Shown: positions 12,738 through 23,581 of the stretch, piece by piece
How the letters are laid out: every line of letters starts with the position of its first letter
Position numbering within the stretch: the first letter of the stretch is position 1
From: Sphyrna mokarran
Taxonomy: Eukaryota
Assembly (NCBI GenBank): GCA_024679065.1
Contig: JAGIQG010000009.1
Coordinates: 72,354,001 to 72,418,000 of the forward strand
Length of the DNA: 64,000 nt
Direction of reading: 5' to 3'
Program-made: the position numbers and the translations under genes
Notes under the pieces: generated by a model
The model's input: only the letters and a program-made list of their open reading frames with translations
Told to the model about the DNA's origin: nothing
Databases searched by the model: none

Positions 12738-13599
12738 TATGTTTAATGATATTCCTTTTATTTCATTCATAAGTGAACTGGGGAGTTAGGAGGGAAGGAG
12801 TGTGGTAATGTGGCCCCTTTGTGGGGCAGGTGAGTCAGGAAAATTTCACCCATAAAGTTGGAAATCCCTGTCCTGCGACTGTACCTGCACAGTGGGGGAA
12901 GTCATAACTGCATTGATCATGCTGAATAATGCATTCGATGACCAGAATGCTGCATTTGGCATTAATTTTTGCTGTAGATCTCCCCTGTAATTGTCTGATG
13001 GAGCCAAAGATAGAACTTAGAGGACAGTGCTGACTTTGACAGTGTCATCCCAGTGGGTGCCATTGTCTGCAAGTGCATTTACAATGATACTTGCTTCCCG
13101 CTGAACCTGTAAAGGCAATTCTCCTCAATCATTGCCTTATAAACTGATACTGCAACTGAAGAGATTCATAATGATTGGTGAACCCTAATCCTATCTGATG
13201 CTCCTGCCGTCTCTTCTAAATCAAAGCTAGAGAGAGAGGACTGCTGAATCCAATCACTATAACTTTAACTCAATTCTGATCTAACAGCTTGTAACAGAAC
13301 AATTTTTAGAAATGCCTCACATCCTATCCCGCATGTAACTGGCTTTTAAGTGTGCTGACTGCATAGTTGGTTCCCTTCTACATGTAGAGGCTCACATATT
13401 CTAAACACAGTGAATTTGGTGTTGACCATGACTGGCATGCTTAGTCCTTTGCTGTCTTTAACTGGCACATGCGAGTAGAGCTTTTGGACACTGAAATGTT
13501 TCTTTAAGTCATCCACGGCGTTTGAAAAAGAGAATAAAGTTAAGGGCTAACAAAAAGCAGCAAAATAAGATGAATATTTTTGTCCAGTATAGTAATTTA

Positions 13600-13815
13600 A
13601 TACCTTACCAAGGGTGGTTGGGAATCAGAGTGCACTTCTGGAGAGAGAAGTGGAAATAAATTCAGTAGTAGTCCCCGAAAGGGAATTGAGTAAATCATTG
13701 AAGGCGAATAAGTGCAGGGATATGGAGGAGTGATGGGAGAATGATCTATTTATCAACTATTCATCAAAAGAGACTCAATGGGCCAATTGGCCTTATCCTA
13801 TTCTGTCCAATTGCG
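13600..13815 (+). mobile_element. old CR1 3' tail
   Basis: AGGGTGGTTGGGAAT...ATGGGCCAATTGGCCT. Confidence 0.65.
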
Positions 13816-14069
13816 TAATTCTAGACACAATTGGTGGATGAGACTGCTGTGAGAGCTTCTTAGCTGGTTCAAACACAAATTTGTTCAGTAAAAATAGAAA
13901 TCTTGAAGAAGACGCACACCAGATCCATCACAGTCTGAAGGGAGAAGAGGCGGGTTAATGTCCTGGGCAGAATGAAGAGAGTTCATATGAAGGGACATCA
14001 ATTTCAAACATCAACCCGCGCTTTCTCCTGCAAGCAGTGATGGACCCACCTCATTAGTTTCTGACCCTT

Positions 14070-14885
14070 ACTATCTGCATCATCAAAAACTTAAAATCTT
14101 CATGAATCAGCTCAATGGGGAAGCTAAATGGAACATGTGTTTTAGCATCAGGTCGTATTCCCATTTTTTTCTTAACATAGGCAATTTCATTAATTTAGCT
14201 GAAAATGGATTTACCACCAAAAAATAAATAAAAAGTGTACGCATTCTCCAGCCGGTAGATTTAAAATGACTGAAAATAATTTAACAGAACCAAACCCATT
14301 TAATAGTTTGATTTACATAGGCTAATTAGCTTCTTAATAATTTTTGTTTTGATCTGTAAAGCTTTTAAAACATGCAACTAATGATTGTGCATCTAAGAAA
14401 ATGAACATCATTTAAAAGGACCTTCCTAAACCACCAGAATTTCACAACATAGCCTTGGGATCAAGCAAGGCTGGTTTGTGTGGGGGCTTAATTCGGGCAA
14501 ATTGAACCTTGAACCGATTAAATAGTTTGTGGAAAACAGAACAGTCATTTTCTTAGGTGCTCTGTCATTTAGTTAGCATACCTTTAAAGCTTTTCACATC
14601 AAAAAAATACCATTTGTTAAGAAACTGATTAGCATAGGCCAATTAAACTGTTAAATTGTTGAGTTTCATTAAATTATTTTCCATGATTTTAAATCTAACA
14701 GGTGGAAAATTGGACACGCTTTAAAAATGGTTATTTTTGGAGTTAAACCCATTTGGAACAGAATGAATAAAATCTTCAGCTCTTAAATAAGGATTGGGTA
14801 TATTTATTAACGGAAAATAAATTCATTGAACTGCCCGAGTAAACTATTTCATTGAAGGTTTTAAGTTTTTGATTATGCAAATAAA
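14070..14885. repeat. about 810-bp degenerate palindrome
   Basis: Arms align throughout: 14072-14106 with 14849-14883; 14256-14290 with 14665-14698; 14298-14340 with 14614-14656; 14351-14404 with 14545-14600; central AGCCTTG...CAAGGCT at 14451-14472. Confidence 0.85.
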
Positions 14886-15639
14886 TTTCAGTGAAACTGG
14901 AAGCACAAGAAGCACAATTTCAAGCATATTTTGAGTGTAATTTCTCAATTGGGCCCACGGGGAAACTCGAGCCACATATGTATGACTGACTACACAATCT
15001 TCTAGATTCAGATCATTGCAGAGCCTGTTTTCCACTGCCACTTTGCTTCATCTGTGAGTAAAAAAAACCTTATAAATCCAAGGACTGTGTGATGTTGGAG
15101 AAACATTTGTAGGCGAAAAGAAATAGCTCTCCACTGTACTGTTATTGCAAACTTAATAAATATTTCAACTCAGGAAAGGACTGGAGCTCCCCCAATAAAT
15201 TCAGACTTGCCAGTTAAGTTAGATGCAAACTTTTTTTTTGGAAGGGTAATCGATTGGGTCAGCAATTCAAGGACTGACAGCTGATATGTCTGAGGGCTGC
15301 GTGTGTGAGCTGATTTTGAGAATGTATTTAAATGTCTCATCAGGCTGTCAGGCACAGCTATTTCCTCAAGTTTTTTTTTTGGACTAATGGAATTTTATTG
15401 TCAAGGAAAAGCTGGACTCCATACTCAGATACTCCAATACTGTATGACAGATTGAAGACAAGATCCATCATACTTACCTTATCATTCTAACAGTCATGGG
15501 GAATTGTTGAATACTTTAATGAAGGGGAGAGCTTGGCAGTGATAGAAGTAGGAGTGCTGTATCTTAAAATTAAGCTGCCTTCGGACAGCAGGACAATATT
15601 TGCCTCATGTACTGTTGGAATCTGTTCTTAAGCAGCTTT

Positions 15640-16084
15640 GATGTGGAGATGCTGGCTTTGGATAGTGGTAAACACATAAGAAGTCTCACAACACCAGGTT
15701 AAAGTCCAACAGGTTTATTTGGTAGCAAAAGCCATTAGCTTTCAGAGCGCTGCTCCTTTGTCAAGTGAGTGGGATTTTGGTTCACAAACAGGGCATATAA
15801 AGGCACAAACACAATTTACAAAATAATGAGAGTCTTTCCAGGTAATCAAGTCTTAAAGGTACAGACAATGTGAGTGAAGAGAGTGTTAAGCACAGGTTAA
15901 AGAGATGTGTATTGTCTCCAGTTAGGACAGTTAGTGAGATTTTGTAAGAACAGACAAGTGGTGGGGGTTACAGATAGTTTGACATCTGTACGCACTATGT
16001 TACACCATCTGTACACGTATTATGTCAGACTATCTGTAACCCCCACAATGTGCCTATGCTTGCAAAATCTCACTAACTGTCCTA
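15640..16084 (-). mobile_element. Penelope-like element pLTR with inverted partial copy
   Basis: Antisense to 61975-62334; 15923-15985 is repeated inverted at 16022-16084. Confidence 0.85.
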
Positions 16085-17521
16085 CATAGAATGAACTCAT
16101 AACATCAAGAATTACCACAGCAGCAAGGAGAGAGAAAGCAAGGGTCTGGGGGCAGGGGGAGGGGCGGTGGTGGCGGCGCTGGGAGCGTCCTGAGTGACAT
16201 TGCAAAAGGTCTGGGAATAGAGGTTGGGTGGTAAGTCCTCACAAAACACGTGTCAGGGATAAATTCTGGTATTTTCAATATGAGTGGTGAAGGGGGAATT
16301 ATTAATCAGCTTCTAAGGTTTTAGACAGAATCTCTAAATAGTTCTTGAAATAAAGTTAATAAACTAATGAAATAAATGGTTTACCCATGTATAAATGCAG
16401 TAAGAAAATCAAGCAGGTAGTTGGAGATTTCAAACTATTACTGATATTTTAAAATGTATTTTAACTTCTGTATGAATCATTGTTCACTTCAGCCAAGAGC
16501 AGGTTGCGGTAAGGGATGATGATAAATCTAAAGAACTCTAGCAGTTAACAAAATTCATATCAGAAAGTTCCTGTTGAGGGAATGCATTTTGCAACTTTAT
16601 GAATAGAGACATTCATTGCCCAGACATAGAATAGATACGTACCTGTTCACAAAAATCATATGTTTATTCAACTTGGAAGTGAACCGATGGGAATGCTTAC
16701 TTTGACCTCGATGATGAGTATCTATAGTTACTTAGCAAGAGGGTAGTGGGTTCAGCCAAGATGGGAGTGGTTGAATGGATAAATGAAATATTATTATACT
16801 GAATGGTGAAATGCAATTGGCTGAGGGATAGGTCAGGATTATTACTGATTTATGTATATTTAATGTAATTGATTTTAAACTAGCTTAAGGCAAGAATAAT
16901 CAATAAGAATAATCAATAATCTATAATTGATTGGTTTTTGATTGTATAGGCTGGAATCATCTAAGAGGTTCTGCCAGTCTATTCCAGAGCTGCTAAATCC
17001 TTTTGATGATCTCTGAGCAACTACTTGTGTTTTTATTTAAAATAAATGCTACATCATCATGCAGAGCTACTTGCTTTGTGAGTTTTGCATTCTTTCAGGA
17101 AAGAACATGATGGCCAGCTCAAATTACCTCACAACAAGTATTAAACAAATCTCTTCCCTTTCCCTAGGCCTCCAACCTCTCACAGGCAGAAACGGTCATA
17201 AGCAGAAAGTCAAAAAATAAACAATTCCAAATAGAAAAGGTATTCATACCAGCCAATTATTTCTGCTAAAATGTGGACTTCTCGGGGCTGAAGAGATTTG
17301 GTATGGGGGCAAGCGTTGGTGACAGAGGTTGAGATGGGGCACACATTTGAATAGCTTCCAACTCTTATTGTGCAGCCTCACACGTCAAGAAAGGCCACTT
17401 AAGTGAAATGATGCTGGAACCAATAGGGTGGCGGAAGGGGAAAAGGCAGAGGTAAGAGTTTATTGGGGAAATCCTCCCTTTAATCTTACTTTGTATTTGA
17501 TACCAAAAGCTTCCAATTTAC

Positions 17522-17785
17522 TATAAGGTAAGCCCTTAAAGAGGGGATCTCTTGCAGGCTATGTGATGGGATTGGTCCCTATAGAACAGCAGTGCAGGAA
17601 TCTAGGCCAATCAGGAGTGAAGGTGCATGTTCTGAAATGGGGAGGAGCTTCAGTTGACATCAGGGTGGAGAAGACAGTAGACCTATGTATGTGGTCTGTC
17701 AGACCTTTATCTTTATATAGTTATAGTAGTTAATAAACCCTTTGTTGTTGGAGTCATATTAAGACAGTCCAGTTGCAATACTTAG
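17522..17785 (+). mobile_element. probable solo Gypsy LTR
   Basis: GCCCTTAAAGAGGGG...GCCAATCAGGA...AATAAA layout parallels the LTR at 8495-8761. Confidence 0.45.
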
Positions 17786-17984
17786 TTTAGAGCTTGAATA
17801 CATGCTTGTGCAAATAATAAGCTGCTTTTATTTCCAGAACTTCTGGAATATTCTGCCAAAGAAATATAACGGAGATCTCAGAATAAATATAATGTGTTTA
17901 TCTCCATCAGGCAACTGTCTAGAGCTCCGTTAATACGTTGCAAGTACAAGGCCAATGATGTAGAACACTCTGATTGGAACTACA

Positions 17985-18560
17985 AGTGATACCACTCTCA
18001 CTCCTCTGTCAGAGGGTTAATGGTTCAAGCCCCATCCTTGGGACTTGAGTGTATTATCTAGGTTTACAGCTCTGTGTAGGACCAAGAACATAGAACATAG
18101 AACATAGAACATTACAGCACAGAACAGGCCCTTCGGCCTTCGATGTTGCACCGACCATTATAAAAAGCAATGACCCTCCAAACTAAATCATTCCCTTCTC
18201 TTCCATAAACTTATCAACTAACCTCTTAAACGCCACCAAACTTGGCGCATCTACAACTGCCACAGGCAGGGCATTCCACTCCCTAACCACCCTCTGGGTA
18301 AAGAACCTACCTCTGATATCCGTCCTATAACTATCACAATAGTTATAGTGAGTGCTGCACTGTCAGAGGTGTCATATTTTAGATCAGAACTACAATTAAA
18401 GCCCACTTATTGTTCAGTTCAATATGCAACATTCGCTTGCATTGCTAGAAATGAACGGATTCTCCCTCTGTCAGGATCAAACATTCTCCTTCACTGAACA
18501 CCATCATGAGGAGTTAGCCAGCCACTCAGCCCAGTTGCTGTTTTGTGGGACTTTGACCTC
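17985..18560 (+). mobile_element. Deu-domain SINE interrupted by a CR1 3' fragment
   Basis: GGTTCAAGCCCC B box, GACTTGAG..., GAGTGCTGCACTGTCAGAGGTG, TTGCTGTTTTGTGGGA. Confidence 0.65.
18085..18337 (-). mobile_element. young CR1 3' fragment
   Basis: (AGAACAT)n tail and CAGGCCCTTCGGCCTTCGATGTTG, antisense match to the 3' end of the CR1 at 30070-30141. Confidence 0.9.
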
Positions 18561-18652
18561 TCATTTCACAATTCCTCATTTGGAGTCCTGACTGAATTGA
18601 GCTAGGGAAGAATGTAAGCCCGTATCAAGTAGTATTGAGATTCAGATTTGTA

Positions 18653-19781
18653 GGGCATGAAATTGGACTTGGTAATGCCCATTGTTTGTGGCATCTATGG
18701 TGTGGATTCTCACCTCTGCTATGAAGCAGCCGCATGCTATATTAGGAAAAGAAACAGCGAACATAGCTAATGTCTCCTAGATGACAGGGACACCATACTG
18801 TCAGAGCACTATGCTCCAGTGGATGACATCTCTTAACCATGCATGGCTGAACACATATTAAACTGTATAAAGGACACCTCAACACCACCATTAGCACTAC
18901 TTATAGGAATTATCAACTATTTACATGTTAGTTGCTGGCTGATTTCTTCTGACTTCTGACACAACTCTACAAGTGTCTGATGTTTTCCAATGCTGTTTTG
19001 CGTTGCAAATGTCTACAATGAGTGGTTATGTCAGGAACTGGAGGACCGAGCTTTTGCTGACTTCCAGTCTTCTGTACAAATCAGTAGCTACCAGATATGG
19101 GTAGCCCAGTGGTCTTCCTCTTAGCATTGAGCATGAGAGAGAGAATAAGCAAAGGCCATGGAGAGAAAGACAAACTGCTAGAAAAAGAAGGAGGAGGCGA
19201 GAAGGAGAAGGTTTCTCAATAGGAGGCAACATCTGCAAAGGTACTCGGGTAGTAGGCCAGTTGGGGACAAGATTGCAGAAGCATTGTGTTTCCCCATAAG
19301 TCCAATTGCACACTTGTATCCATGATGGCAGTCTGAGCTTCCATATGAGTGAGCTGAGATTGCAGGAGGCAATTGGAGTTCCCAATGCAGCATTCCGATT
19401 TTTGGGTGGATACTGCTCGTGTTGCAGTGGAAGCTGAGACATTGAGCATCAGGCACTGTATCATGCCTCAGCCATTGTGTCTCTGTGTGAAGTTTGCACT
19501 TTGTCCCTGTGTCTGCATGAGTTTCCACTGGATATCCAAAGACATGTAGGTTAGGTTGATTGGCCATGATAAATTGCCCCTTAATGGCAAGGGGGCTAGG
19601 AGGGTAAATATGTGGGGTTATTGGTATAGGACAGAACCTGGGAGGATTGCAGTTGGAGAGGGCTCAATAGGCCAAATGGCCTCCTTCTGTGCTGTAGATC
19701 CTATGATTCTATGGTTGGAACATCAGGTGTGTTCATGGAATTGGTCACTATTTTATGTTGATAGAGTCCAATTTCACTGCC
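18653..19781 (+). mobile_element. PIF/Harbinger-like DNA transposon, internally deleted
   Basis: TIRs GGGCATGAAATTGGACT (18653) and AGTCCAATTTCACTGCC (about 19765-19781); Arg-rich decayed reading frame at 19096-19250 reminiscent of a Harbinger transposase N-terminus (recall, unverified). Confidence 0.5.
19476..19712 (+). mobile_element. HE1 SINE, 5'-truncated
   Basis: V-core AGTTTGCAC...GATTGGCCATG and tail GATCCTATGATTCTATG. Confidence 0.85.
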
Positions 19782-20039
19782 ATGCTGAACCCAGTTTCAT
19801 GCTCCTTGACATTGATTGAAGACCTTTTGACAAATTTTTAAATGCGCCAAGCCAAATTCTTTTTTTGAACTATTCCAAAATATTCATTGGAGTTTTCCAC
19901 TGTAGAATTTGTGCACAATTTTTGCTCTCAGATGAGCTGACACGTATGCTTATATTTTCTTCGCCTCAACTGCAACGCATTTGCGGCCAATGGTTCACAT
20001 GTGGATTCCTCCTCTGAGCTATCCAATAAAATACACAAA

Positions 20040-20166
20040 GGGTAGGATTTTTTGACCTTGTTCACCCTCAAACTGGAGAATCCTGCCCGAAGGCAATGGA
20101 TCTTTCCATGATCCGCCCCTCACCCACCCTGATTTCTGTGGCAGACTGGACAGCAGAATTTATCCC
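20040..20166. mobile_element. MITE (GGG TIR family)
   Basis: GGGTAGGATTTT...AGAATTTATCCC; body similar to 47497-47606. Confidence 0.55.
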
Positions 20167-20592
20167 GTGTCAGTATCTGTCTATGAGGCTGAATCCAAGT
20201 GATGTTCCATCACTGTATTCTTGGTAAGTCCCATCTTCTGTGCTGGTTGAAGTTCTCTGAAAGGAGAAAGACACAAGGGTAAGCTTTTGGTAAGGGGAAG
20301 AGTTCAGCAGGGAAGTTAGAAGTCCATGCATATACACTATTTACAGCTTGTAAATCAGCGCAGAGCCAGGATGTTAGAAGGAGGGTTCAGTATGAGAATA
20401 CCATCATTTCCGTATGATTAGAGTCCCAGTTCTGGCCATGGTTTTGGTAGAGGCTGTTGTAGGTCAACATGATCTAATCCATGGGGGTTAGGATGCCATG
20501 TTGTGCCCATCCCTCTTTTGGTTAGCTGCTACTTCCCCAGTCATGGGTTAATGCTGGCTATATTTCAGTTAGCAGAAACTGGTTTCTTACAA

Positions 20593-20648
20593 CCCCTGCC
20601 CCCATTTTAGGGTTGTCTGCTTAACAGCCCCTAAAATAGGGGCAGGGA
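20593..20648. repeat. short GC-rich inverted repeat
   Basis: CCCCTGCCCCCATTTTAGGG / CCCTAAAATAGGGGCAGGG. Confidence 0.7.
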
Positions 20649-21299
20649 TTACAAGGGGCTTAGGGAGCCCTTTATAATCCCTTTGTCAGCAACTAAGACT
20701 AGAGCAAACATTATACTTCAAATCTACCAGTTGAGAGCTAGTGTTTGAAACAAAATATAAATATTGGAATTGCGCAGCTGGATATCAAAACCTGAACACC
20801 TGAGCAAACTGATGTGGAAATTATTCAGCCCTCTCTAAGCTGAAAAATTATGCAACTGTCAGTTCCATTCCAATGATGTCTCAGTAACTTCTTTAATGTA
20901 CATTTTGATTTATAATTCCTTATTCTGTGTTGTGTTTAATATTTAAAATGAGAATTATCTAAATATTTCATATTTGCCTTTCTCAAAATTGAAAATATTT
21001 GTTTGAGAGAATTGTCTGAATTGAAATATTTGCAGTCAGGATATAAATCAGGGGAGGCTTCCAACATCAATGTTAATGGTTCTTTGCTATGTACGCGGCC
21101 TGAAGTAAAAAGGTTAAGCAGTCTTTTAAGGGGACAAAGGCAAGTAAGCTAGAGTCTGTTTTTCTTATTTGTTCTTAGTGCGTGGGTGTTTCAGGTCAGT
21201 ATTTCTTGTCCACCTCTAATTGTTCTTGAGGGGGTGATGGTGAGTCATCTGCTGGAACTGCTGCAGTCTGTGTGTGGATGCAGTTCTATTAGGGAGTGA

Positions 21300-22610
21300 T
21301 CATAATATGATAGAATCCTTCATCAAAATGGAGAGAGAGAGATATAAATGATTCTGAAACTAGGATCCTAAATTTTAATAAAATAAACTATGATGGCATG
21401 AAGCCCAAGTTGGCTATGATGCATTGGGGAACATTACTCTAAGGGATGACGGTAGATAGGCAAGCATTCAAAGATTGCATTGATGAACTGAAACTGTTTT
21501 TCTTCCTGTCTGGCGCAAAAAATAAAACAGGAAAGATCGCCAAATCATGGTTTACAGAGGAATTTAGAAATAATATTAAATCTAAAACCTTAAACCTATG
21601 CTCTCTAGTTTTAAACTTCCCTAATTTTGGAAAAAGATGTTGACTATTGACTCATCAATGCCCCTCATTATTTGTTAGACTGTGATAACATTACCCTTAT
21701 GCCTCCTACAATCAAACAATCAAGTCCTGGTAGCATCCTAGTAAATCTTTTTTCACTCTTTCTAGTTTAATAATATCCTTTCTATATTAGAATGACCAGA
21801 ACTGTACACAGTATTTCAAGTGTGGTCTTACCAATGTACAAGTCCCAACTCCTGTATTCACTGTTCTGACCAATGAGAGCAAGCATGCTGAATGCCTTCT
21901 TCACCACCTTACCCATCTGTGACTCCACTTTCAAGGAGCGATGAACCTGTACCGATAGATCTCTTTGCTCTATAACTCTCTCCAATGCACTACTCTCCAC
22001 AGGGAGCAGTTTGAAATTCAGCAAAGGAGGACCAAGGGATAAGTTAAGAAGAGGAAAATAGAGCATAAGTGTAAGCTTGTGGGGAATATAAATACTGATT
22101 GAAAAGTTTCCATAGGAATGTGAAAAGGAAAAAAAACTGGTGAAGACAAATGCAAGACCTTTACAGTCAGAAACAGGGGAATTTATAACGGGGAACAAAG
22201 AAATGACAGAAAATAAAACAGGAAAGATTGCCGAATCATGGTTTACAGAGGAATTTAGAAATATTTCATATTTGCCTTTCACGAAGAAGGACATAAATAA
22301 CATATCAGAAATGTTGTGGCATATACAGAGTTTAGTAAGAAGGAAGTCAATACTAGTAGAGAAATGATGTTGGGAAAATGGATGGGATTGAAAGCTGATA
22401 AATCCAAATGGCCTGATAATCTATATCCCAGAGAACTTTGAAAGTAGAAATAATTGCTGCATTGGTGATCATCTTCCAAGATTCTATAAGGTCTGAAATG
22501 GATCCTACAGCTTGGGATGGAGCTAATGTAACCCCTATTTAAAAAAAGAGATAAAGAGATAACAGGGAACGATAGACCAGTCAGACTGATGTCAGTATTG
22601 GGGAAAATTA
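21300..22610 (+). mobile_element. decayed CR1 ORF2 (endonuclease-RT linker) with an antisense CR1 piece at 21585-21998
   Basis: KTNARPLQSETGEFITGNKEM and decayed K..KS..PD.LYPR on the plus strand; minus-strand piece encodes EQRDLSVQVHRSLKVESQMGKVVKKAFSMLA. Confidence 0.85.
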
Positions 22611-22729
22611 TAGGGGGAGATTCTTCCAGCCTGCTGAGTAGCTAGACCAGGGCAGTAGACTGGGAGATATAAGTAGAGGCTGCTTAGTCACAACAGTCTC
22701 CACAGGTCTCCAGGGCTCCAATTTCCAGC

Positions 22730-22890
22730 ATCGACATGGATTTGTCTGACTTTGGGGATAGGACATACTTGGGCAATTTTCCACATAGCTGGTAGATGTC
22801 AATGTTGACACTGCACTAGAGCAGCTTAGCTAAGAGGATAGCTAATTCCAGAGCTCAAATCCTTAGCACTACAGCTGGGTTGCTGTCATG
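22730..22890 (-). mobile_element. CR1-clade family B RT fragment
   Basis: Antisense reads as decayed ..YP.MWKIAQVCPI. Confidence 0.6.
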
Positions 22891-23581
22891 TGTCTGAGAA
22901 GAAGACCATTCTTTTCTCAGCTTCAAATTCCGACCTCCTTTTCCATAACCTTCCCTTTTATTTTCTTGCTCTACTTTTGCCTGAGCTCCTCTGATCTTTG
23001 GTTTGAAAGTCCTAATGCATCACCTTTAATCTAACTGGGCCTCTTCCTTGAATAATTATCGACTATCCTTCCTCAAACATCCCTTTAGCTCATCAATCCC
23101 TTTGATGTTTAGGGTTAACCTCAAGAAATACAAAATTATAGGCACGTTAATGAGGATTACATTGAGAAAAAGCAGCTTGAGAAGATTTCTCGATCTAAGC
23201 TTAGTGCCACTTAGTCATTATTACCTTATTTACCTTTCATCCTGTCCAAATCAATGGTGTTGTTACAAACATCTCCCTCTTTTTCTCTCTCTCTTTTCAG
23301 GTACTATGTCCTAAGAGAACATTGGTGATCATGGATTTCCATGTTAGTTCTCCTTTGGACCATTTTTATCATAAAAACATTCACTTAGTTTCCAAGGCTC
23401 TTGAGAACGATTGTTGTCTACTTCAATCTTTTTAACGATCAAACATTCCTGTCACTTTCAAAATCATGAATTATAATTACCTGAACAAGCAATCCAGACT
23501 GTTTCTTCTTGATCTTGGTAGGCAGAGCTCTATTGCTCTCAGATTTTACTCACATCTCTTGTGTGATTTGTTCAAGATATG

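Larger units (their letters stand above)
8495..12825 (+). mobile_element. Gypsy LTR retrotransposon (Mag/K02A2.6-like), decayed, RT largely deleted
   Basis: 5' LTR about 8495-8761 with AATAAA; PBS-like TGGCAACAA at 8763; gag from 8866 (KIEPFDP..GWGQYVQRL.YFFAANEI); protease VDTGAA near 9857; RNaseH (TCD..SYGVGTV...RPIA..SR) 10490-10800; integrase (DNDTSFT.EEF..F...SAPYHPVSNGLAE) 11280-12060; PPT GGAGGGAAGGAG then TGTGGTAATGTGGCCCCTTT (3' LTR start, 12801) matching ATGTGGCCCCTTT in the 5' LTR. Confidence 0.9.

Noticed and set aside
16146-16185. G-rich tracts (also 43326-43350 and 47113-47150) as G-quadruplex or promoter elements
   Set aside because: No CpG island or transcript evidence; mostly low-complexity or inside repeats
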